This document shows, in pieces, positions 34,084 to 39,959 of a stretch of 39,959 bases of DNA. The translations under genes and the position numbers were made by a program. Positions within the stretch are counted from its first letter, which is position 1. Each line of letters opens with the position of its first letter. This DNA is from a virus, in IMG/VR virus record IMGVR_UViG_3300026235_000001, positions 1-39,959 of that record; one strand, 5' to 3'. Under the pieces are notes generated by a model that saw only the letters and a list, made by a program, of their open reading frames with translations, searched no databases and was not told the origin of the DNA.

Positions 34084-34284
34084 CTATTCTTCCGTGTATT
34101 CATATTTCCTTGTAGCATAAACAATTTCTTTCCCGCAAAACATGCAATATTTCAGAGTCGGACCCACCCAAGAGTAATGCTCACCGCAATTTGTTTCTAT
34201 TTGATTCACTTTGGCAAAAAGCAATGTTTCTATATCTTTGGTTTTGTCATCATAAATCTCTATTGTGTGTTTACAAACATCCAT
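34084..34284 (-). CDS. Small Cys/His-rich (zinc-ribbon-like) protein
   Basis: 66 aa with CxH...CGEH...CMFC. Strong SD aaggag. Its own TGGTATAAT promoter on the minus strand occupies 34307-34315. Confidence 0.6.
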   Translation of the reverse strand: MDVCKHTIEIYDDKTKDIETLLFAKVNQIETNCGEHYSWVGPTLKYCMFCGKEIVYATRKYEYTEE

Positions 34285-34306
34285 CTCGATTTCTCCTTTT
34301 TGTTTT

Positions 34307-34315
34307 ATTATACCA
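34307..34315 (-). promoter_or_regulatory. Extended -10 promoter TGGTATAAT for the 66-aa ORF
   Basis: The minus strand reads ttttttgaaatggtataataaaacaaaaaggagaaatcgagATG. Confidence 0.5.
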
Positions 34316-34344
34316 TTTCAAAAAAGGCTAAGCATTAATGAGTC

Positions 34345-34400
34345 TTTTTCTATGCTCGAATCAAGAATTTTAGTATCCTTGATTGAAATGAATGTAACTA
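34345..34400 (-). other. Candidate attP of the serine integrase
   Basis: The minus strand reads TACATTCATTTCAATCAAGGATACTAAAATTCTTGATT. 27 of 38 positions match the TP901-1 attP as I recall it, including the core TCAAT(C/T)AAGG. An imperfect inverted repeat aatcaag/cttgatt lies at 34359-34365/34378-34384. The site is immediately 3' of int. Confidence 0.5.
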
Positions 34401-34407
34401 AAACGCT

Positions 34408-35847
34408 CTATAATTTCCATAAAATAACGATGATTTCACTAGTAACTCTGACCTTGCTTATCAAGGCGCGTGCTATGGCTTTCTGTTGCTCGTAGTCAAG
34501 TGTGAAGATATCCTTGGTGTCAAGTACCCGTTTAATGTCTTCCTTTCGTTCTACGACTTTAACAGAGCTGTCAGCGTCTAGCTCTTTTTCAAGAGTTGTT
34601 CTTTCTGCCATGAAGTCGCTTGACCGTTTTTGTAATTCCTCTAGTGAAATCCTATCGTCGATGTATAGATCATTAAGCCTGCTAATTTTAGCGGTCAGAT
34701 TATCAATCTGTTTCTGGTAGCTATCGCGGTCTATGGTCTCTTGATTTGTGTTTGAAAATAGCTTGTCGATATAATCTGAATCAGTTTGTAGTTTGCTGAT
34801 TTCAGTTAGGATGAAGTGCTCTATATCGTCTTTGAAATAGAACCCAGAATCACACTTTGCATTGTTGTTATAAACAGTCACGCCCTTTGTCTTTCGTGGA
34901 TGCCGCTGCTTACACTCGTATTTAACTAAGCGTGTGCCGTCTTTCCGTATCATACCCAGTTTTATAGCAAGAGGGGCTGAACAATAGCCGCATTGAGCTA
35001 TACCAGAAAGCATGTATTTAGCTTGAAACGGTCTAGGGTTGAAACGCTGGGCGGCTGTTCTTTGTCTTGTCTTAATTTCCTCTTGCGTCTTGTTAAAATC
35101 TTCTTCGGAAATGATAGGCTCATGAGTGCCGGGGAATATCTGACCCTTAAATTGATTATATCCGCAATAGACTGGGTTGGACAGGATAACCCTAACTGTC
35201 CTATAGTTCCACTCTTTATCTTGTCCATATTGCTCATTGAGTGCGTCTCTAAGCTTGGTTATCGACATCCCCGATAAATACCATTCGAACATTTTTCGGA
35301 CGATTAGGGCTTGATATGGATTGACCGAGAGCGTGCCAGTTTCTTTGATGTAATCATAACCAAACGATGTCTTGGCCCACTGCATCGACTTGCCGGACTT
35401 TGCCCGCCCTAGCTTGCCTAATTGCATCCGTTCCTTGATTTGTTCCCTTTCGAACTCAGCTATTGCAGATAAAAGAGTTAGGAATAAAGTACCCATGGCA
35501 GAAGACGTGTCTATATTTTCTTGGATAGATACAAAATCAATTTTATTTATATTAAACACATCTTTAATCAAATAAAGCGTATCTCTTACGTTTCGTGATA
35601 ACCTATCGAGTTTGTAAACTAAAACTGTGTCAAACAAACCGTGTTTCACATCGTTAATCAAGTTTGTCATTTCAGGACGATTCAAACTACCGCCAGAGAA
35701 ACCGGCGTCAATATACTTGTTATAAACATCCCACCCCATAGCTTCACAATACTTCTCTAAGCTGTCAATTTGCCCGTCTATGGAATATCCTTCCTCAGCT
35801 TGATTCGTGGTGCTCACTCGTGCATATATGGCGACTTTCCTAATCAT
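34408..35847 (-). CDS. int: Large serine recombinase (TP901-1-type integrase)
   Basis: MIRKVAIYARVSTTNQAEEGYSIDGQ (catalytic Ser), VYKLDRLSRNVRDTLYL, GKLGRAKSGKS, PRPFQAKYMLSG and a Cys-rich zinc ribbon. Start at ATG 35847 (SD gggggtga) overlaps the HNH stop. Confidence 0.9.
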   Translation of the reverse strand: MIRKVAIYARVSTTNQAEEGYSIDGQIDSLEKYCEAMGWDVYNKYIDAGFSGGSLNRPEMTNLINDVKHGLFDTVLVYKLDRLSRNVRDTLYLIKDVFNINKIDFVSIQENIDTSSAMGTLFLTLLSAIAEFEREQIKERMQLGKLGRAKSGKSMQWAKTSFGYDYIKETGTLSVNPYQALIVRKMFEWYLSGMSITKLRDALNEQYGQDKEWNYRTVRVILSNPVYCGYNQFKGQIFPGTHEPIISEEDFNKTQEEIKTRQRTAAQRFNPRPFQAKYMLSGIAQCGYCSAPLAIKLGMIRKDGTRLVKYECKQRHPRKTKGVTVYNNNAKCDSGFYFKDDIEHFILTEISKLQTDSDYIDKLFSNTNQETIDRDSYQKQIDNLTAKISRLNDLYIDDRISLEELQKRSSDFMAERTTLEKELDADSSVKVVERKEDIKRVLDTKDIFTLDYEQQKAIARALISKVRVTSEIIVILWKL

Positions 35848-36439
35848 TCGAGTCACCCCCGCATTCAGAATACTTCCAAGCAAAACCGCCAGCCTTTTTT
35901 CTTGTACCTTTGCAGCACATTGAAATACAAGAAAGGTTAATTTTCAGAGTTTTACTAGCATCCGTCATGCTGTTCCACTCTTTTACCACATTCCCGTCTA
36001 GGTCCATTTGCAGAACCTTTTTATTACTATTTTTTCCAAGCGCCCTAATAGTGTCGATTTGAGACTGCTGCACGGATTTTAACCCAGTTTTAAATGCGTG
36101 TTTAGCATTTTCGCTAGCAGAAACCCACTCTAAATTATCAACAGCATTATTGGTTTTATTACCATCAATATGGTTTACTTGCGTCTTCGTTTTTGTGTCT
36201 GGATTGTCAATAAAACAAGTAGCAACAAGTCTATGAACGAAGTAATGTTTCGGTTTTCCGTTTTTAGTGAGCGCCACGGTGTGATACCCAAATTGCGTAA
36301 GTTTCTTTTTCAAAACTCTGCCTTTCAACAATCGGAAACCGTCCCATTTTGGCACAACTTTGTCTAAGCTTCTAACATTTCCTAAATCGCTAACTTCGTA
36401 TAGACCTTCGTAACCTACAACTTTTTTCCATTTTTCCAT
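35840..36439 (-). CDS. Free-standing HNH homing endonuclease (NUMOD4 + HNH_3 + NUMOD1-like)
   Basis: WKKVVGYEGLYEVSDLGNVRS (NUMOD4). HRLVATCFIDNP...VNHIDGNKTNNAVDNLEWVSASEN (HNH). C-terminal MTDASKTLKINLSCISMCCKG. Start taken at ATG 36439 (SD ggagtg). Confidence 0.8.
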   Translation of the reverse strand: MEKWKKVVGYEGLYEVSDLGNVRSLDKVVPKWDGFRLLKGRVLKKKLTQFGYHTVALTKNGKPKHYFVHRLVATCFIDNPDTKTKTQVNHIDGNKTNNAVDNLEWVSASENAKHAFKTGLKSVQQSQIDTIRALGKNSNKKVLQMDLDGNVVKEWNSMTDASKTLKINLSCISMCCKGTRKKAGGFAWKYSECGGDSND

Positions 36440-36571
36440 TTTTTTACACTCCATTCTGTGATAAAATAGAGCATAGTAAAGCACTTTTACATATCGTTGT
36501 TTTACTATACTAATCGATTGCCTGTGCTTGAAGTCGCCAAACTTTATAGAGTACAGGCTTTTTTTGTTGTC

Positions 36572-37177
36572 TTATTTAACCTTAACTTCCATTGATCCGT
36601 TAAGTTTTTGGCTAGCTAGTGCATTGCCATCATCAGTCTTAATATGAAACATTGGATAACGCTCATAGTTGACATTGTTGATTGCAGCCCAGACGTTGAA
36701 GGCTTCATGCTCTTTTGCAAGCATTCCATCCGCAAAATTCTGTAAGTCAGCTTTGCTATATGTTTTATACTCATTGGGCACAGTCATATATAAAATAGTG
36801 CTACGGTTGTAAAAGCTATATGTGCTAATATCCAGACCTTTATCAGTCAAATCTTGCTTGAAGTAGTCGATAAAGCTACCCATTTGCCCCTCGGTAATGT
36901 CTTTTAGCTTATCTTCCGACGAGCTTGGTTCTGAGCTTGATTCTTTTGAAGCTTTTTCCTCGCTCTTTGAACTTGACGCTTTGGCGCTGCTTGACGATTT
37001 ACTAGCTTTAGGTTTTGCCTTTGAAGAAGACGAAGCTGTTTGGACTGTCTTGACTGGCTCTGTCTCCGTTTTTGGTGCAAGTCCAGTGATTTCAAACACC
37101 TTACCAAGAACAGCCAAACAGACAAGCACAATCGCCCACTTTTGCCACCGTTTCAAATTTTTCCATTTACTCAACAT
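36572..37177 (-). CDS. Membrane-anchored protein, superinfection-exclusion-like by position
   Basis: N-terminal TM helix WAIVLVCLAVLG, an S/K-rich linker and a globular C-terminal domain. It occupies the same slot between int and the ImmA/CI genes as the sie genes of S. thermophilus temperate phages. Confidence 0.5.
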   Translation of the reverse strand: MLSKWKNLKRWQKWAIVLVCLAVLGKVFEITGLAPKTETEPVKTVQTASSSSKAKPKASKSSSSAKASSSKSEEKASKESSSEPSSSEDKLKDITEGQMGSFIDYFKQDLTDKGLDISTYSFYNRSTILYMTVPNEYKTYSKADLQNFADGMLAKEHEAFNVWAAINNVNYERYPMFHIKTDDGNALASQKLNGSMEVKVK

Positions 37178-37545
37178 TTTTCAATCTCCTTTAATTTTAG
37201 ATATTCATTTTTTACAAACGTCTCATCACAAATCGTGGTGAGATTATATTTTTCCATGAAGTGTAAGTAATTGAAATCGTCCAGATTTTCATTTTTCAAC
37301 AATTCATGAATCATATTTCTATTGGCTTGAGCCTCGTACTTTTCTCGCAGACGCTCGTAGTGTTTAGAGTTGTGTTCTAAGTGCCCTAATTCATGCAGAA
37401 TGACCTTCAAACGTATTTCTGGGGGTAAATCCCCGTTGATGTAAACCACACGGTTAACAGGGTCTAGAAATCCATCTCGTGGCCACTCGTTAGAGCTAAA
37501 CTCGCAGATAGAGACATTGAACTGCTCAAGCAATTCTTTCTCCAT
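37171..37545 (-). CDS. ImmA/IrrE-family metalloprotease
   Basis: HELGHLEH zinc motif, 124 aa, directly downstream of the CI-like repressor. Confidence 0.8.
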   Translation of the reverse strand: MEKELLEQFNVSICEFSSNEWPRDGFLDPVNRVVYINGDLPPEIRLKVILHELGHLEHNSKHYERLREKYEAQANRNMIHELLKNENLDDFNYLHFMEKYNLTTICDETFVKNEYLKLKEIEKC

Positions 37546-37549
37546 ACGT

Positions 37550-37915
37550 TTATTTCTCCTTGCTACTCATATAGCCGGCAATGATGCCACGAATGGCACG
37601 CTTGTCATCCTCGGTAAGTGGTTTACCGTCGAACATCATTGCATTAGCTATGATTTCATCGATATCGTGGGAGCTAGGTTGTTGTTCCTCGGTTGTTTCT
37701 GGACCATCTCCAAAAAGAATGTAATCTGTTGAAGTCCCTAAAGCTTGAGCTAATTTTACAATCTTTGTTCCCGTTGGAATGCTAGCGCCGCTTTCCCACT
37801 TTGAAATAGTCGAATCAGATTTATAACCTAACATTTTCGCTAATTCAAGCTGACTAATACCCTTGCTAGCTCTCAAACTTTCGATTCTGCTTCCTCTTTG
37901 CTTATTCAAATCCAT
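37550..37915 (-). CDS. CI-like repressor (XRE HTH)
   Basis: GISQLELAKMLGYKSDSTISKWESG helix-turn-helix; divergent from cro. Confidence 0.85.
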   Translation of the reverse strand: MDLNKQRGSRIESLRASKGISQLELAKMLGYKSDSTISKWESGASIPTGTKIVKLAQALGTSTDYILFGDGPETTEEQQPSSHDIDEIIANAMMFDGKPLTEDDKRAIRGIIAGYMSSKEK

Positions 37916-37942
37916 ATCTTTCTCCTTGCTGTTTATATTAAT

Positions 37943-37971
37943 ATTATATAGGAGACTTTCCTTATTTTCAA
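37943..37971 (-). promoter_or_regulatory. Lysogenic promoter (minus strand TTGAAA-17-TATAAT)
   Basis: On the plus strand, attata is at 37943-37948 and tttcaa at 37966-37971, with a 17-bp spacer. Confidence 0.6.
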
Positions 37972-38021
37972 GTTGATTTATAAAAAACTTAAAAAAACTT
38001 GAAAAAAAATCAACAAAACTG

Positions 38022-38050
38022 TTGACATTGAATTTAATTCAAGTTATAAT
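38022..38050 (+). promoter_or_regulatory. Lytic promoter (TTGACA-17-TATAAT) overlapping operator O1
   Basis: ttgaca 38022-38027, tataat 38045-38050. The palindrome attgaatttaattcaag (38027-38043) fills the spacer. Confidence 0.75.
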
Positions 38051-38083
38051 ACGTTTGTAAGTTAGTTAGAGAGGAGGAACAAA

Positions 38084-38287
38084 ATGACAAAAACAACCCC
38101 AAAGATTACAATCAAAGAACTTCGAGCCCGTCATAATCTGACACAAGCCCAATTCGCTAAAAGCATTGGTACTACAGCTCAAACGGTTAGCGCTTGGGAG
38201 AAAAATGCGCTTTCTATTTCTCCTAAGAAAATGGTAACTATCTGTAATAAATACCACATTCGAGCATCCGATTTGTACGGTATTTGA
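38084..38287 (+). CDS. Cro-like repressor (XRE HTH)
   Basis: LTQAQFAKSIGTTAQTVSAWEKN; 67 aa; first gene of the lytic transcript. Confidence 0.8.
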   Translation: MTKTTPKITIKELRARHNLTQAQFAKSIGTTAQTVSAWEKNALSISPKKMVTICNKYHIRASDLYGI

Positions 38288-38305
38288 TATTTTTTTACAG
38301 TAAAA

Positions 38306-38322
38306 CTTGAATTTAATTCAAG
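38306..38322. promoter_or_regulatory. Second copy of the operator palindrome, downstream of cro
   Basis: cttgaatttaattcaag is a perfect 17-bp palindrome, 16 of 17 identical to the copy at 38027-38043. Confidence 0.7.
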
Positions 38323-38347
38323 TCAAGAATTAAGAAAGGAGCAATCA

Positions 38348-39091
38348 GTGAACGAATTAATTAATGTAACGTTAAACGAAAACAATGAGCCTATCATTAG
38401 TGCGAGACAACTTCACAAAACATTAGAAGTAAAAACTCGATTCAGTCAGTGGGTTGAGCAAAACTTCAAAATGTTCAAAGAAAACGAAGATTTTAGCTCC
38501 GTAGTTACAACTACACAGCAAAATCAATACGGCGGAACAAAAAAACTACAAGACTACGCCGTTACAATCCGCATGGCTGAACATCTAGCTATGATGTCAA
38601 AAACAAATAAAGGGCACGAAGTCAGAGAATACTTCATCCAAGTTGAGAAAGATTTCAATAGCCCAGAAAAAATCATGGCAAGAGCGTTGCTCATGGCTGA
38701 TAAGAAAATCAAGCTCTTGGAAAACGAAAACGAAAACCTCTTGATTGAGTTGGAAGAAGCGACTAAAAACGCTGATTACCTAGATTTGATTTTACAAACT
38801 AAAGATAGCTTGACAATCACCCAAATTGCTCAAGACTATGGGATGTCAGCACGCAAGATGAACCAACTCTTGAAACAAGAGCGAATTCAACGCATCGTCA
38901 ATGGTCAGTGGGTTCTATATGCGAAATATATTGGTAAAGGCTACATCTCAAGTCGAACATTCGATTACGTTGGTAAGGACGGGAAACCCCACAGTAACAT
39001 GACAACGGTCTGGACACAACTTGGAAGACGTTTTATATACGACAAATTGAAAGCTATCGACGTCCTACCGATTATCGAACAAGAAGATTGA
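38348..39091 (+). CDS. Antirepressor (ORF6N / KilA-C-type)
   Basis: GTG start with SD aaggag. N-terminus IISARQLHKTLEVKTRFSQWVEQN; C-terminus TITQIAQDYGMSARKMNQLL. Confidence 0.7.
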   Translation: MNELINVTLNENNEPIISARQLHKTLEVKTRFSQWVEQNFKMFKENEDFSSVVTTTQQNQYGGTKKLQDYAVTIRMAEHLAMMSKTNKGHEVREYFIQVEKDFNSPEKIMARALLMADKKIKLLENENENLLIELEEATKNADYLDLILQTKDSLTITQIAQDYGMSARKMNQLLKQERIQRIVNGQWVLYAKYIGKGYISSRTFDYVGKDGKPHSNMTTVWTQLGRRFIYDKLKAIDVLPIIEQED

Positions 39092-39093
39092 GG

Positions 39094-39229
39094 ACGACAC
39101 CTTGACGGCACTAGTGAGCTAGCGGGGCAACAATTCAGTTGAAACGTAAGCAATACCATTAGATGATTTGATTTTATAAGAACTCCTAAATATAAATATC
39201 AAAAGTCCTCGCTAGTTCTCCAGTGTCGT
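39094..39229 (+). other. Long imperfect stem structure in the ant-downstream intergenic region
   Basis: Outer helix acgacac 39094-39100 / gtgtcgt 39223-39229. Inner 12-bp helix gagctagcgggg 39116-39127 / cctcgctagttc 39207-39218 (two G-U pairs). Confidence 0.35.
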
Positions 39230-39300
39230 TAAGGCAACAAAAAAAGCTGACCCCTGCCAAAGTCAGCCGCTATGGTAAATAATTCAAAGGTAATTATAAC

Positions 39301-39441
39301 ATGAAACGAAAAAAATGGGAACCAGTCATAATCAACATTATGGCGGACGGTTCCAGAGTTGATGATCTAACTAAATATGTCATCCCTAGCGGTCACGCTT
39401 ATTATGACATCATTCAAGGCATTTACCAGAAAGGAGCATAA
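39301..39441 (+). CDS. Hypothetical 46-aa protein (MKRKKWEPVIINIMADGSRVDDL...)
   Basis: ORF below the track cutoff, with a weak SD. Confidence 0.35.
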   Translation: MKRKKWEPVIINIMADGSRVDDLTKYVIPSGHAYYDIIQGIYQKGA

Positions 39442-39488
39442 CTTGATGAAATACATCTTTCACTAACACAGACGAGAACTATACGAGC

Positions 39489-39830
39489 ATGAATAATAGA
39501 TTTCTCCAAGATACTAGCTTGAGCTTGCAAGCAAAAGGGCTACTTGCTGAAATCTTATCAAATAAGAGTGACTGGCGGATATATCTGACGGAGCTTGAAA
39601 AGCGTTCGACAAACGGAGCGAGCTCACACCGAGCAGCGTTCAGTGAGTTGAAGCACAAGAAGTATGCAGCACTTTTTAGAAAAAGCAAAGGCTACAAAAA
39701 AGGTTTTGAAATCTTTATCTGTGTGTCAGACATACCAATGACAGACGAGTTTATAGCCTACCTTGATAAAAAGTTATCCACAGAGTTATCCACAGGCAAC
39801 GCTGAAAATTCACAAGTCGAAAATTCATAG
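39489..39830 (+). CDS. Short replisome-organiser / initiator-like winged-helix protein (possibly truncated)
   Basis: FLQDTSLSLQAKGLLAEILSNKSDWRIYLTELEKRS resembles the N-terminal HTH of phage replication initiators. The ORF terminates inside the iteron array. No obvious SD. Confidence 0.4.
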   Translation: MNNRFLQDTSLSLQAKGLLAEILSNKSDWRIYLTELEKRSTNGASSHRAAFSELKHKKYAALFRKSKGYKKGFEIFICVSDIPMTDEFIAYLDKKLSTELSTGNAENSQVENS

Positions 39831-39890
39831 CATGATAATTCACGTCGTGATAATTCACGTCATGATAATTCACGTCGTGATAATTCATAG
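39772..39890 (+). repeat. Iteron array of the putative replication origin
   Basis: agttatccacag x2 (39772-39795), then degenerate gaaaattca copies. Four 15-bp units follow: catgataattcacgt (39831), cgtgataattcacgt (39846), catgataattcacgt (39861), cgtgataattcatag (39876). The array starts inside the 3' end of the replisome-organiser-like ORF. Confidence 0.7.
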
Positions 39891-39959
39891 TATCAATTTT
39901 CGCACACTAACAAGTACTAATATATAACAAGTACTAATCTATAACAATATGGTGCTACG
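39861..39959. repeat. Second copy of the 99-bp terminal overlap
   Basis: Identical to nt 1-99. Confidence 0.95.

Noticed and set aside
39280-39300. Second attP-like core (ttcaaaggtaatt) upstream of the 46-aa ORF
   Set aside because: It is only a short partial match to the TCAATTAAGGTAA core, has no flanking inverted repeat, and lies far from int.
39831-39890. CRISPR-like reading of the 15-bp tandem repeats
   Set aside because: The units are contiguous with no spacers and sit beside an initiator-like gene. They are iterons.

Overview
The window is a complete, circularly closed or terminally redundant genome of a temperate siphovirus. Nt 1-99 are identical to nt 39861-39959, so the unique length is 39860 bp. 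The host is a low-GC Gram-positive, most likely Streptococcus. My guess is the salivarius/thermophilus group, based on a CHAP-SH3b lysin split by a group I intron, an AcrIIA6-like gene, and a CI/ImmA/membrane-protein switch of the Sfi21 type. Plus-strand order, early part: ori iterons; two micro-ORFs; an LPXTG collagen-adhesin-like moron; early genes (ERF-like annealing protein, DUF1351-like, SSB, RusA, lipoprotein, DUF1642-like, MazG-like, YopX and hypotheticals). Next comes a 727-nt ORF-free region holding two diverged structured repeats that each start with a tRNA-like minihelix. The late genes follow: ArpU-like regulator; TerS, TerL, portal, minor head, scaffold, capsid, connectors, tail, 1535-aa tape measure, Dit, Tal and an SGNH-esterase fibre; two holins; three mosaic small ORFs; the intron-split lysin. 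After the lysin is an accessory island with a ladder of mini promoter-hairpin-terminator units, a 2-gene acr-like operon, another orphan terminated unit and a minus-strand 66-aa Cys/His ORF, ending at a candidate attP. The minus-strand lysogeny module is a TP901-1-like serine integrase, a free-standing HNH endonuclease, a sie-like membrane protein, an ImmA-like protease and CI. It is followed on the plus strand by cro, an antirepressor, a 46-aa ORF and a short replisome-organiser-like ORF that ends in the iterons. No helicase or primase gene is visible. All functional calls come from motif and architecture recognition by eye; no database search or folding program was run.
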